A stretch of 64,000 nt of DNA from Eubacterium sp. (GTDB lineage: Bacteria > Bacillota > Clostridia > Lachnospirales > Lachnospiraceae). How positions within the stretch are numbered: the first letter of the stretch is position 1; each line of letters opens with the position of its first letter. The notes below the pieces were generated by a model. That model did not search any database and was not told where the DNA came from. It saw nothing but the letters and a program-made list of their open reading frames with translations. Shown here one piece after another: positions 8,230 through 18,666 of this stretch. The stretch spans positions 982 to 64,981 of the forward strand of contig JAGABX010000039.1 in NCBI GenBank assembly GCA_017614395.1. Direction: 5' to 3'. The position numbers and the translations under genes are program-made.

Positions 8230-9957
8230 ATGGCTATCACAGGAGCGGAACTTTTTGTAAAAGCATTACAGTGCGAGAAGGTTGACACGCTGTTCGCATA
8301 TCCGGGCGGCCAGGCAATCGATTTGTTTGACGCGCTTTACGGGGTGGAGGATATAAGGATGATCCTGCCGCGCCACGAACAGGGTCTGATCCATGCGGCT
8401 GACGGATACGCCCGCGCAACCGGGCGTGTCGGAGTTTGCCTCGTAACCAGCGGTCCCGGCGCGACGAACCTCGTGACCGGAATAGCGACGGCGAATTACG
8501 ACAGCGTCCCGTTGGTATGTTTCACCGGGCAGGTGTCACTCAGCCTCATCGGAAATGACGCATTTCAGGAGGCGGACATTGTCGGCATCACCCGCAACAT
8601 CAGCAAATGGGCTGTCACCGTACGCCGCCGGGAGGATTTGGGCGCGATCATTAAAAAGGCATTCTACATCGCCCGCACCGGCAAGCCCGGCGTGGTGGTA
8701 GTGGATCTGCCGAAAAACATACAGCTGGAATCGGGTTCCGACGAGTATCCTGAGAGCATAGATATCCGCAGCTACAAGCCCAACACGGAGGTCCATATCG
8801 GGCAGGTGAAAAGGGCAGTCCGCGTTATGAAAAAGGCGGAGAAACCGCTTTTTCTGATCGGAGGCGGAGTGAACATTGCGCGCGCAGGCGAGGCCATGAC
8901 TGCGCTGGCCGAGAAAACGCGGATCCCGGTGGTCACGACCATCATGGGCAAGGGCGCGCTCCCGACCGACCATCCCCTCTATGTCGGGAACCTCGGCATA
9001 CACGGGTGTTATGCTGCAAACGCGGCGGTGGCGGAGTGCGATGTGCTGATTTCAATCGGTTCCCGTTTCAATGATCGCATAACCGGCAAGGTTGATGAGT
9101 TCGCAAAACATGCCAAGATCATTCATATTGATATAGATACAGCGTCGATCTCACGAAACATCGAGGTTGATATCCCGATCGTGGGGGATGCCGGAAACGC
9201 GATACGGTCTCTCTCGGAATACATGACGACGCTCTCGACTGATGAGTGGATCGCAAGGATTGATGCATGGAAACAGGAACATCCGTTAGGTGCCGGCCAG
9301 CCGGATCTGCCGGGCGTGAATCCGCGCAGGATCATCCGTGAGATAAACAGGATATTCCCCGGAGCGGTGATCACAACCGATGTAGGACAGAACCAGATGT
9401 GGACGACACAGTACATCGAGCTGACAAACGGAAGACAGCTCCTTACCTCCGGAGGACTCGGGACGATGGGTTACGGTTTTCCGGCGGCGATCGGCGCGAA
9501 ACTCGGCTGCCCCGACCGGCCGGTCATTGCGATTAACGGTGACGGCGGATTCCAGATGAATCTGCAGGAGCTGGCAACGGCGGTTGTGTATGAACTGCCT
9601 GTGATAATCTGCGTGCTGAACAACGGTTATCTCGGAAATGTGCGCCAGTGGCAGGAACTTTTTTACGGGAAAAAGTATTCCTCAACCTGTCTGCGCCGGC
9701 GTGAGAGTTGTCCGATAATATGCAACTCGCCGTGTGAGGACTGTCCGCCGTTTATTCCGGATTTCGTGAAACTGGCAGAGAGCTACGGCGCGAAGGGAAT
9801 TCGTGTCGAGCGCGAGGAGGACGTTGTGCCGGCGTTTGAGGCGGCGCTTTCCGAGAAAAAGCTTCCGACGCTGATCGAGTTCATCATAGACCGTGAGGAG
9901 AACGTAATGCCGATGGTACCGCCGGGAAAAACGATCGAGTCGGTTATACTTGAGTGA
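8230..9957 (+). CDS. ilvB: Acetolactate synthase (acetohydroxyacid synthase) large subunit
   Basis: The TPP-enzyme pattern is present: GAELFVKAL, PGGQAIDLFDAL, TSGPGATNL, GLGTMGYGFPAAIGA and INGDGGFQMN. There is a Cys-rich insert near the C-terminus. Confidence 0.9.
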   Translation: MAITGAELFVKALQCEKVDTLFAYPGGQAIDLFDALYGVEDIRMILPRHEQGLIHAADGYARATGRVGVCLVTSGPGATNLVTGIATANYDSVPLVCFTGQVSLSLIGNDAFQEADIVGITRNISKWAVTVRRREDLGAIIKKAFYIARTGKPGVVVVDLPKNIQLESGSDEYPESIDIRSYKPNTEVHIGQVKRAVRVMKKAEKPLFLIGGGVNIARAGEAMTALAEKTRIPVVTTIMGKGALPTDHPLYVGNLGIHGCYAANAAVAECDVLISIGSRFNDRITGKVDEFAKHAKIIHIDIDTASISRNIEVDIPIVGDAGNAIRSLSEYMTTLSTDEWIARIDAWKQEHPLGAGQPDLPGVNPRRIIREINRIFPGAVITTDVGQNQMWTTQYIELTNGRQLLTSGGLGTMGYGFPAAIGAKLGCPDRPVIAINGDGGFQMNLQELATAVVYELPVIICVLNNGYLGNVRQWQELFYGKKYSSTCLRRRESCPIICNSPCEDCPPFIPDFVKLAESYGAKGIRVEREEDVVPAFEAALSEKKLPTLIEFIIDREENVMPMVPPGKTIESVILE

Positions 9958-10034
9958 GTCCGGCAGCATCCGTGAACTGGTCGATGCTGCCTTTCGATAA
10001 CATAGCGAAGAGTATATTTTATTTGAGGTGGAAC

Positions 10035-10550
10035 ATGTTAAAAAAACGATGTATAAGTTTGTTCGTAGAGAACGAGGTAGGAACGCTCGCCTATATCTCC
10101 GGCCTGTTATCCGGCAAGTCCTATAACATGGACTCGCTGACTGTGGGACCGACGATAGACCCGACAATCTCGCGAATGACTATCACGCTCACCAGCGATG
10201 ACAGGACTTTTGAGCAGATTAAAAAGCAGCTGAACCGGAGCGTTGCCGTGATCAAGGTCGTCGATTTCACGCGCGGGGACATATATATGAAGGAACTGAT
10301 GTATATCAAGCTCACCGGCTGTGACGACAGGGAGATGAAACGCGCGTCAAAGCTCGCAGGGGATTATGATGCGACTATCGTTGAGTGCGTGTCAGGCTCG
10401 ATCCTGATGGAAAGCGTAAACCCTGAGAGCGCCAATGACAGGCTTTTGAATGCCCTGCAGCGTGATTTTGCCGGAAGGGTAGAGATAGTGCGCGGCGGAA
10501 CGGTTGCCATCGAGGCGCTGGAGCAAAATGTATTGACAGTTTATGACTGA
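10035..10550 (+). CDS. ilvN: Acetolactate synthase small (regulatory, ACT-domain) subunit
   Basis: ISLFVENEVGTLAYISGLLSGKSYNMDSLTVGPT is a typical ACT N-terminus. The ATG at 10035 is preceded by GAGGTGG. The gene lies directly downstream of ilvB. Confidence 0.85.
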   Translation: MLKKRCISLFVENEVGTLAYISGLLSGKSYNMDSLTVGPTIDPTISRMTITLTSDDRTFEQIKKQLNRSVAVIKVVDFTRGDIYMKELMYIKLTGCDDREMKRASKLAGDYDATIVECVSGSILMESVNPESANDRLLNALQRDFAGRVEIVRGGTVAIEALEQNVLTVYD

Positions 10551-10595
10551 GTTGTTATAATGTTTGAGTTGTTTTATTAAAAATGAAAACACGAG

Positions 10596-11396
10596 GTGGA
10601 GAAAATGAAAATGAAGAAACTGATAACAATGATTTTAGTGGCAACGATGTGCCTGTGCCTGGCAGGTTGCGGTTCGGACAACGGCGAGGGAGAGATTGCC
10701 GAGGTAAAGGACAAGGGAGTCCTCGTAGTCGGTATTACGGATTTCGAACCTATGGATTACAAGGATGAAAACGGCGAGTGGATCGGTTTTGACGCGGACA
10801 TGGCCAAGGCGTTTGCCGAGAAACTCGGGGTTTCTGTAGAGTTCACGGAGATCGATTGGGACAACAAGGCACTCGAACTCGATTCCGGAAGCATTGACTG
10901 CGTATGGAACGGCATGACGCTGACGGATGAAGTAAAAAGCGCGATGGACTGCTCTAATCCGTATTGCAACAATTCACAGGTTGTTATCGTACCGAAGGAC
11001 AAGGCAGATCAGTACAAGGATGTGGAGAGCGTCAAGGGGCTGAACTTTGCTGTGGAGGCCGGCAGCGCCGGTGAATCTGAGGCTGCGGCAAACGGTCTGA
11101 ATTACACAGCCGTGCAGAACCAGGCGAGCGCTCTGATGGAGGTGGCTTCCGGAACATCGGATGCAGCCATCATTGATTCACTCATGGCTGCGGCAATGGT
11201 TGGCGACGGAACGAGCTACGACAACCTGACCTACACCGTGCGCCTAAATGATGAGGAGTATGGCGTCGGATTTCGCAAGGGCTCTAACCTGAAGGACGAA
11301 CTGAACAAGTTTTTCAAGGACGCATATGCTGACGGTTCCATGAAAACGACCGCTGAGAAATATAAGGTTCAGGCAGCTCTGATCGAGCAGAACTAA
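10596..11396 (+). CDS. Amino-acid ABC transporter substrate-binding lipoprotein
   Basis: Signal peptide with lipobox LAGCGS. The family-3 SBP pattern is present (GVLVVGITDFEPMDY, GFDADMAKAFAEKLG, DCVWNGMT). Confidence 0.85.
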   Translation: MEKMKMKKLITMILVATMCLCLAGCGSDNGEGEIAEVKDKGVLVVGITDFEPMDYKDENGEWIGFDADMAKAFAEKLGVSVEFTEIDWDNKALELDSGSIDCVWNGMTLTDEVKSAMDCSNPYCNNSQVVIVPKDKADQYKDVESVKGLNFAVEAGSAGESEAAANGLNYTAVQNQASALMEVASGTSDAAIIDSLMAAAMVGDGTSYDNLTYTVRLNDEEYGVGFRKGSNLKDELNKFFKDAYADGSMKTTAEKYKVQAALIEQN

Positions 11397-11490
11397 TTAA
11401 CAGGTTTTGATCCACGGCTGACGGATTTACATAGTTTCGATGAATGCTTGCACTAATACGTAGCTGTGGATTATTCATTGCAGGAGAATT

Positions 11491-12177
11491 ATGGATACTT
11501 TTTTTGATCAGCTCCCCGTGGTGCTGAACTCACTGAATATCGGATTTTTACAAACATTGGAATTGTTTTTCGTGACTTTGCTCGGAGCAATTCCTCTGGG
11601 TTTGCTGATTTCAATGGGAACGCGTTCAAATTTTGCGCCACTGCGGGCTGTATTGAAGATCTTTATCTGGATCATCCGCGGTACGCCGTTGATGATCCAG
11701 TTGTTGATTATCTACTATTTTCCGGGACTCGTGCTCGGGAATGCGATCTGGGGCGGCAACGAACTCGGCCGGTTCCTCGCATCCTCCGTGGCATTCATCA
11801 TCAACTACGCCTGCTATTTTTCGGAGATATTCCGTGGCGGGATCGAGGGAATCCCTGTTGGGCAGGAGGAGGCCGGCCTGGTTCTGGGACTGTCGCGCAG
11901 GCAGATCTTTTTCAAAATAAAACTGCTGCAGATGATCAAGAGGATTCTGCCGCCTATGTCCAACGAGATTTTAACCCTGGTCAAGGACACGTCGCTCGCG
12001 AGAATCATCGCCCTGCAGGAGGTCATCTGGGCCGGGCAGGCGTTCATGAAGGGCTCGCAGGGAATATCCGGCGCAATCTGGCCGCTCTTTTTCGCAGGGT
12101 TTTATTATCTGATATTCAACGGTCTGCTGACACTCCTGCTGGGACACGCCGAGAAGAAACTGGGGTATTTCAGATAA
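11491..12177 (+). CDS. Amino-acid ABC transporter permease (His/Glu/Gln/Arg/opine family)
   Basis: Polytopic protein with an EAA-like loop (GIEGIPVGQEEAGLVLGLSRRQIFFKI). Confidence 0.85.
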   Translation: MDTFFDQLPVVLNSLNIGFLQTLELFFVTLLGAIPLGLLISMGTRSNFAPLRAVLKIFIWIIRGTPLMIQLLIIYYFPGLVLGNAIWGGNELGRFLASSVAFIINYACYFSEIFRGGIEGIPVGQEEAGLVLGLSRRQIFFKIKLLQMIKRILPPMSNEILTLVKDTSLARIIALQEVIWAGQAFMKGSQGISGAIWPLFFAGFYYLIFNGLLTLLLGHAEKKLGYFR

Positions 12178-12310
12178 CCGATACATTGAACGTTTGTTAT
12201 CATGCCATTCTGCCAATGAAGCAACAGGCTGTTCGGAAGGCTTGAGTTATCAGGCAATCCGATGAGGGCGACGAATAAAAAGCCCGGCAGTAGAGCAGTG
12301 GAGGTTAACC

Positions 12311-13090
12311 ATGAGTCTGTTAGAGGTTGAACACATCGGAAAAAGATTTGAGGATACGCAGGTTCTCAGTGACATTTCTTTTTCCCTTGAAAAAAGTGAG
12401 GTGCTGTCGATTATCGGCTCGTCGGGCAGCGGCAAGACGACTTTGCTGCGTTGCCTGAATTTCCTCGAGCAGGCGGATACCGGCACCATCCGCGTCGCAG
12501 GCGAGCTGGTTTATGACGCGGCTGATCCGACATTTCGCAGGGAATCCGTCATGCGCGTCAACCGTCTGCATTTCGGATTGGTGTTCCAGTCGTTCAACCT
12601 TTTTCCGCAGTATACGGCACTTGAGAACATCACTCTCGCCCGCCGTTTACAGGTGAGCGAGGAGGCGGATTTCAAGGAGAATAAAAAGAAGTATTTTGAA
12701 CAGATCGACCGGGAGGGCGAGGAGCTGTTGGACCAGATGGGACTCTCCGACCGGATGGGAAATTATCCGCACCAGCTTTCCGGCGGGCAATGCCAGCGTG
12801 TGGCGATCGCACGGGCACTCGCGTTGAAGCCGGACATCCTGTGTTTTGATGAGCCGACCTCTGCGCTGGATCCTGAGCTGACCGGCGAGGTCCTGCGCGT
12901 TATCAGGGAATTGGCTGAGCAGAAAATGACAATGATCATCGTGACACACGAGATGAGTTTTGCGAGGGACGTGTCGGATCAGGTCATATTCATGGATAAC
13001 GGCTTTGTTTTGGAAAAAGGAACTCCGGAGCAGGTCATCATGCATCCGAAGGAGGAGCGGACCAGGCAGTTTCTGGGGACGTTCGGTTAG
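12311..13090 (+). CDS. Amino-acid ABC transporter ATP-binding protein
   Basis: Walker [10 protein letters not shown], signature [15 protein letters not shown], Walker [13 protein letters not shown] and H-loop VTHEM. Confidence 0.9.
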   Translation: MSLLEVEHIGKRFEDTQVLSDISFSLEKSEVLSIIGSSGSGKTTLLRCLNFLEQADTGTIRVAGELVYDAADPTFRRESVMRVNRLHFGLVFQSFNLFPQYTALENITLARRLQVSEEADFKENKKKYFEQIDREGEELLDQMGLSDRMGNYPHQLSGGQCQRVAIARALALKPDILCFDEPTSALDPELTGEVLRVIRELAEQKMTMIIVTHEMSFARDVSDQVIFMDNGFVLEKGTPEQVIMHPKEERTRQFLGTFG

Positions 13091-16000
13091 AGGTCGCCGG
13101 TTGTGTTATAACGTACCGGATATCTACATTTTCCCTTGCATCTGCGGTTTCGTTTTTGGGAATGCATCTTCCTGCTTTGACCGGCATCAAAGGCTTGTAA
13201 GTGGAGCCTACCTTTTTATCTATCCGATCATTAATTGTTGCTCTCATAATTGAACCGGTGCATTCATATGGAATTTTGTAACCATCATATTCCAAGTCTT
13301 TAAAATCCTTATTACTATTGCAATCCGTATAGAATACTTTAGTGTAAATAGGAAGTCCGCTTGATCCGAACTGTATCGGGATTTCTTCCGGGTCATCCAG
13401 ATCATATACATGAAGCCTTGTCTCTATGGAATGTGGTCCTGTCGCATATCTATACAGGTAATTGCAATAGAGTTTCGTGGTGGTTTCCACTCCGGCCGTG
13501 TTCGCCGGTATGGGCAGATCATTCGCATAAAAATCGAATTCACCGGATACACGGGGGACAATCTTGATAACACAGGTTATGTTCCGTCCTGTTGTCAGAG
13601 TGGCCCGGATCGTCTCTTTGTATCCCTCGACCTGGTAGACAAAATCATGCCTTTTCGATAGAATAATATATTTACCATCCCATTTCGCCCTGTAGAGGAA
13701 CCGTTTATCATCTCTACATTTATCATTCATTCTTACATCAACCGATTCGATATCGCCGGCGAAGCCATCAATTTTCGCTTTCAGCCACATACGGTTGTCA
13801 CAGATGGCATCGAATTGGTTAGAAGACTCATTCGTGAGGATCAAACCTTCTTTTTCCGATTTATTTGTAACGGTGATCTTCAGTGTTGTGGAGTATTTTA
13901 CACCTTTATTGCTATATTTGATTGTGAGTTCTTTATTGCCTTTCTCGGCTTTTCTCTGACCTGTGACTTTGATCGTACCGGTTTCCTCGTCCTTTTCGAC
14001 TGTTATACCTTTAGGTACATTCGACCAGCTGATCTTTGTCATATCCGGGATGACAGAATCATTAAGGGTAACCCGGATGGTTTCTGATTCTTTCGCATAT
14101 TTATTACTCATTTCTATTTTGCTCTTGCTGAGGGTGAGTTTTGGTGTTTCATCTGATTTTTTCAGATTGAATTTTGCTTTGACAGCCGTCCCGGGAACCC
14201 ACCTGGAATTAGTGAACCGTACATAACCGTTTACATTACCTTGCATCGCATCTCTGTCTACCGACAGGGAGATGTTCGAGTACTTTTCATGTTTTACGGT
14301 TACATAATCCAGGACTGTCTGTCCGTCAGAGTCCACATAATCGAGAGACCATGTCCCGTCTCCGCAATTACTCGGCATATCGCCGGACTTCTCACAGAGT
14401 TTGATATCGGTGTTTTTTTCATTATCACTCAGTGTACTCGGGATGGTCGAGGTGGTTTTATCCAACTCGTAGTACGGGAGAGTATAGCATCCGATTACCC
14501 GGACCTCGGCATAATTATAAACATTATCCAGATTGCCGTTTACATCGATGCCGCGAACACGGAAAAGCACGGTTCGGTAGTTATTGTTTTCCGCAATCAT
14601 TTTCACCTGATCAGCCGTGATACCGTCCTTGAGCTTGAGACCGACAACGGTGTTTCCATTATCGCTCCCCATCCTGTCCGGAGCTACATCGCACATTTCC
14701 CAGAATTTGTATCCTTCCGCATCCTCGTAGCCGGGGACAGGATGGTCTACGATCTGGACATATCTCGGATCTGCATTTGCCCTAGTTCCCTTGAAATAGA
14801 CTACGGCATATTCATCCTTGAATAACATGTTAAACTGATTAAACGTTTTTGCCACGAAGGTTGACTTTTCATTAACGGGCAGCTCCTCGTCATAGGTTCC
14901 CCAGACAGCCCGGATCGACAGAACACCGTAATGGTTCGTTGTATCAATGGTTGCCTGATCCTCCGTTCCGGCTGTGAGCGGAGCTAATGTCCATTCCTCG
15001 CCCTCGAATTTGTATTCGTAGCCCTTGAACGCGACACGAATCCCCGGATATCCCTTGTCACCCGGTTTGATATAATTCAGGGTTACCGGTTGTCCATAGG
15101 TATAGTTGGTAAGCGCCTCATTGGGATTCGCCGCGCCGCGGAATGATTCCGTGTCAAATACTATGTCGGTGAGCGGCTGGCGCCATACGGCGTGCAACAT
15201 CAGATCTCCGGAACATCCGGAAGGGAGTGTAGTAAATGTGTCGGTGCCGAGTGGTGACAGACTCCATCCGGCGAATACAGAGCCCTGTTTGGTTGGTTCT
15301 TTTGGTATTTCTACCGACTCACCATAGTTGTATTTGTCAGGATTTCCGGTCTCCATGACACCACCAGCCAGATCATAGTTTATATTGTATGTATATGGTG
15401 TGAAATGTGCATAGACCGTGATGTTTCTGTTACTGATGGTTACGACCCTGCCGGTTCCCTCCGGCGTCAGGTACCAGCCATCGAATTCCGCGCCTGTTTT
15501 CCATGCGTCCTCGAGCATGACAGTCACGTCCTCGCGATAGGTTGAGGGGTTGTGCGGACTGTTGGTGCCGCCGTTCAACACATAGGTGATGTTGTAGTAT
15601 TTGTACTGGTATGGGGTCTGTACCGGAATTGGGTTGCCGACCGGTCTGCGGGCGGGAGTGGGGTCGGGGGCGGGAGTGGGTGCCTTGCGTTGAGCAGTGA
15701 AGGTGAAGGTATTATTAGCATTATCATACACAACCCTCCATCGATCATATTGGTTAGGATCTAATTTTTTTTCATTAAATTTCTCATCGTTTACTGGTCG
15801 TACCTTTATATAAAAATAATAAGCGGAATCAGATTGCCGAACCTGAAGACCGCTTGGAGTACCTTCTCCCCAATTAGTCGAATCATCATTTAAAAGTGTA
15901 GTTTCATTAGTCGCATTTTTGTATATGATATTTATACTTGTATCAGGGGTACTACTTCCACAAGTGCAATAACAAATACAATCTCCAGGATAATAATCAC

Positions 16001-16193
16001 CACCATTTTGAAATGATTTCATATTTGCCGGATCGTTATTGAGATTGGTATAATCCTCTGCCTTCGCATCCTTTACCCGGAACAGCTCCGCAGGCGGGAA
16101 CGCAGACGCTAACAACGCCAAGCATAGGAACAGAGTTATAGTGACCAGGTTCCTTTTTTTCATTTTGAATACTCTCTTACATGCATTCTTCAT
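13038..16193 (-). CDS. Large secreted surface protein with InlB B-repeat (Listeria-Bacteroides repeat) modules
   Basis: N-terminal signal peptide. Repeated Y-x-I-x-Y-x-L-x-GG ... F-x-GW modules are present ([11 protein letters not shown]...FDGWY; [11 protein letters not shown]...FAGWS). No LPXTG anchor was seen. The start could also be the MKKRN Met at 16163. Confidence 0.75.
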   Translation of the reverse strand: MKNACKRVFKMKKRNLVTITLFLCLALLASAFPPAELFRVKDAKAEDYTNLNNDPANMKSFQNGGDYYPGDCICYCTCGSSTPDTSINIIYKNATNETTLLNDDSTNWGEGTPSGLQVRQSDSAYYFYIKVRPVNDEKFNEKKLDPNQYDRWRVVYDNANNTFTFTAQRKAPTPAPDPTPARRPVGNPIPVQTPYQYKYYNITYVLNGGTNSPHNPSTYREDVTVMLEDAWKTGAEFDGWYLTPEGTGRVVTISNRNITVYAHFTPYTYNINYDLAGGVMETGNPDKYNYGESVEIPKEPTKQGSVFAGWSLSPLGTDTFTTLPSGCSGDLMLHAVWRQPLTDIVFDTESFRGAANPNEALTNYTYGQPVTLNYIKPGDKGYPGIRVAFKGYEYKFEGEEWTLAPLTAGTEDQATIDTTNHYGVLSIRAVWGTYDEELPVNEKSTFVAKTFNQFNMLFKDEYAVVYFKGTRANADPRYVQIVDHPVPGYEDAEGYKFWEMCDVAPDRMGSDNGNTVVGLKLKDGITADQVKMIAENNNYRTVLFRVRGIDVNGNLDNVYNYAEVRVIGCYTLPYYELDKTTSTIPSTLSDNEKNTDIKLCEKSGDMPSNCGDGTWSLDYVDSDGQTVLDYVTVKHEKYSNISLSVDRDAMQGNVNGYVRFTNSRWVPGTAVKAKFNLKKSDETPKLTLSKSKIEMSNKYAKESETIRVTLNDSVIPDMTKISWSNVPKGITVEKDEETGTIKVTGQRKAEKGNKELTIKYSNKGVKYSTTLKITVTNKSEKEGLILTNESSNQFDAICDNRMWLKAKIDGFAGDIESVDVRMNDKCRDDKRFLYRAKWDGKYIILSKRHDFVYQVEGYKETIRATLTTGRNITCVIKIVPRVSGEFDFYANDLPIPANTAGVETTTKLYCNYLYRYATGPHSIETRLHVYDLDDPEEIPIQFGSSGLPIYTKVFYTDCNSNKDFKDLEYDGYKIPYECTGSIMRATINDRIDKKVGSTYKPLMPVKAGRCIPKNETADARENVDIRYVITQPATSNRTSPETAWSAPPSDA

Positions 16194-16367
16194 TTTTCAA
16201 ACGCTCCTTTTGATTTTACTTTTAACACTGTATTACATGCGTTTCTCAACGCAACGACGCACTCAGTCGGTTGCTTTTTCAACTGAATACGATACCAAAT
16301 TTACTGGAAAAAGTCAAATTAGACTGCACGAATGTCGATTATTTTGCACGAATGTCAATATAATCCC

Positions 16368-17708
16368 CTACCTCCGGTTTGACCTCCGCCAGATCTTCCT
16401 CTCCTCCGCCTCTCGTATGAGTTCGTCACGGAAATCCGGATGCGCTATGGAGATCAGCATCTCGGCGCGCTCCCATGTCGAGCGGCCCTCGAGGTTGACG
16501 ACGCCGTATTCCGTCGCGATGAAGTATACCTGGCTGCGAGGCGAGGTAATGATATCACCGTTGAACTGTGGCAGGATGCGTGACTGGATCGTTCCGTCGC
16601 GGCGGGTATGGATAGATTTCATGCATAAAAAGGCTTTGCCGCCTCGTGACGCGGATGCGCCCGTCAGGAAATCCAGCTGGCCGCCGGTACCGCTGATCTG
16701 TCTCGAGCCGGCGCTTTCCGCCGCCACCTGACCGTACAGATCCACCGCAACGCAGGCGTTGATGGATACCATATTGTCGAGCTGTTCGATCACGCTTGGA
16801 TTGTTTACATATTCCAACGGATAGGCTGCCAGGCTGTGGTTGTCATCCAGCCATTCATATAATTCAGCCGAGCCGATGGCGCATCCGAATACGCCCTTGC
16901 CCCGGTTGAAACTCTTTTTCATGTTGGTCAGTTTCCCTGCGCGATGCAACTCTAAATAAGCATCGGTACACAGCTCTGTATGCATTCCGATATCCTGAAT
17001 ATCGCTTTCGGCAATGGCGGCTCCGATCGCGTTCGGAATCGCGCCGATCCCGAGCTGGAGGTTTGCTCCGTCGACGATGTACGGGATGATATGTCCGGCG
17101 ATCTGCTCATCTATCGGCGTCGGGTTTATCGGCAGATAGTTTGGGAACGGCTCGTGCTCCCCCTCAACGATCATGTCAACGTCTGAGATGTGGATGCATT
17201 CCTGGTAACCGCCGTGGATTTTCGGGAGGTTCTCATTTACCTCGACGATGACAATGTCTGCTTTTTCACAGATAGGACCTGCCACGCCGGTATTCACCGA
17301 GTAATTGAAATAACCGTGTTTGTCCATAGGCGTGACACTGACCATAACGACGTTCACGTCAATAAAAAACTCATAATACGCCGCGTTGTTATGGAATACC
17401 ATGGGGATATAATAGCAGAGCCCCCTGTCACAGAGCTTCCGTTCGTATGAGGAGCAGTGCCAGGAATGATAGACAAAATGCTCCTGCGTTGGATCGCACT
17501 CGGCGGTCTCAATCGGACCTACGATCAGGTTTCCGCGTATTTTCACGTCCTCGAGTTCGTCACGCCTTTTCGCGAGCGCGCGGTCCAGCAGTATCGGCAT
17601 CCCGAGCGTGCTGGTATAGTCCACCCAGTCGCCGTTTTTTACACATGACACCGCCTCCTCAGGCGTTCTGAGTTTGTTCCGGTATTCGTTAGAAAAATCC
17701 TCTATCAT
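16368..17708 (-). CDS. but: Acetyl-CoA hydrolase/transferase family enzyme, butyryl-CoA:acetate CoA-transferase type
   Basis: DLYGQVAAESAGSRQISGTGGQLDF and the C-terminal WERAEMLISIAHPDFRDELIREAEERKIWRRSNRR closely resemble the But-type CoA-transferases of butyrate producers, as I recall those sequences. GGAGG Shine-Dalgarno site. Confidence 0.7.
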   Translation of the reverse strand: MIEDFSNEYRNKLRTPEEAVSCVKNGDWVDYTSTLGMPILLDRALAKRRDELEDVKIRGNLIVGPIETAECDPTQEHFVYHSWHCSSYERKLCDRGLCYYIPMVFHNNAAYYEFFIDVNVVMVSVTPMDKHGYFNYSVNTGVAGPICEKADIVIVEVNENLPKIHGGYQECIHISDVDMIVEGEHEPFPNYLPINPTPIDEQIAGHIIPYIVDGANLQLGIGAIPNAIGAAIAESDIQDIGMHTELCTDAYLELHRAGKLTNMKKSFNRGKGVFGCAIGSAELYEWLDDNHSLAAYPLEYVNNPSVIEQLDNMVSINACVAVDLYGQVAAESAGSRQISGTGGQLDFLTGASASRGGKAFLCMKSIHTRRDGTIQSRILPQFNGDIITSPRSQVYFIATEYGVVNLEGRSTWERAEMLISIAHPDFRDELIREAEERKIWRRSNRR

Positions 17709-17853
17709 GGCGCCTCCGGTATTCTATAGATTTTTTGAGTTGTTTCGGAATTGCAACACAGTGTCTCTATCAATAAATCTGATCCAGGAATGATTCATCA
17801 TTATTACATATTTATCCTGTTTATTCTACAACTTTTTCCCGCCCACGTCAAGT

Positions 17854-18666
17854 TTACCAGAGCCTTTCCTCCACCTCATTCCGGAAAAAGAATTTGCTCC
17901 GCGCGCCCGATTTTACCGGTGTCAGGCGGCCGCGACGAACGAGGTCATCTATGTTCTGGCGAGTACAGTTCAGGCGTCTCGCAGTCTCTGCAGTGTCACA
18001 TACCTCACGATCGATAAAAAGCCTCATATCATCTAGATTCATGGGCAGAGGCGTTCCTATTTTTCTGATAACATAGTCCGCAATCTCAATCGTTTCGCCC
18101 CAGCCGATGCTGTAACCGCCGGCGTTTACCCTAACTTTTTCAAAAACATGATTATCAGAGAGGACGGGTTTGAACCTGCGGTCCCTGCCGACGAGGTCTG
18201 TCAATTTGCACATCACGGATGTTTTGTCATGAAAAAAAACCAACAGCCGCCGGTCGTTCAGCGGGGTAACGGATTGGATCCGCTGTTTCCCGCGTTCACG
18301 TATTGCATCCGGGAGTTCGTTCTCCGTTATCTGTTCAATCATGCAGTCGTCCTGTGCGCAGCGTCCGTCGGTCAGGATCAACAGTTTGTACTCATCGTAT
18401 TCCGCCAGTCCCGCATCCCTCAAAATCTGACCGATATTCTGGCGGTCACGGGGTATGATGCGGTTACATACCCAGTGCATGCTCCATTCCGAGTCAACAT
18501 AGTTTATGCCTTTTTTTATATATTGGTCGAGTATCAGGGGAGCGTCATTAAACGACAGTCTGTCGGGAATCTCGATATAAAACCGCCCGGCATTTTCAAA
18601 ATAGTACAGATACCCAACGGCTCCCAGCATCGGCCGATATTCATCTGTAATTCTGCAAATCTTCAT
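17854..18666 (-). CDS. Three-part putative antitoxin/regulator: HipS/HipA-N-like N-terminus, DUF2442-like middle and C-terminal excisionase/MerR-type HTH
   Basis: The N-terminal pattern is NRIIPRDRQNIGQILRDAGLAEYDEYKLLILTDGRCAQD. The middle is IQSVTPLNDRRLLVFFHDKT...FEKVRVNAGGYSIGWGE. The C-terminus is DTAETARRLNCTRQNIDDLVRRGRL. The ORF overlaps the kinase ORF by 26 nt and has an AAGGTGG Shine-Dalgarno site. Confidence 0.5.
   Translation of the reverse strand: MKICRITDEYRPMLGAVGYLYYFENAGRFYIEIPDRLSFNDAPLILDQYIKKGINYVDSEWSMHWVCNRIIPRDRQNIGQILRDAGLAEYDEYKLLILTDGRCAQDDCMIEQITENELPDAIRERGKQRIQSVTPLNDRRLLVFFHDKTSVMCKLTDLVGRDRRFKPVLSDNHVFEKVRVNAGGYSIGWGETIEIADYVIRKIGTPLPMNLDDMRLFIDREVCDTAETARRLNCTRQNIDDLVRRGRLTPVKSGARSKFFFRNEVEERLW

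Noticed and set aside
8016-8285. 89-aa ORF in the track (MLSGGERKPSEVATAKRSSEVTV...) upstream of and overlapping the ilvB start
   Set aside because: It is the conceptual translation of the intergenic repeat element. Its 54-nt core recurs on the opposite strand at 43065-43118 in non-coding context. It has no Shine-Dalgarno site, starts at TTG and runs into ilvB. It is treated as a repeat, not a CDS.
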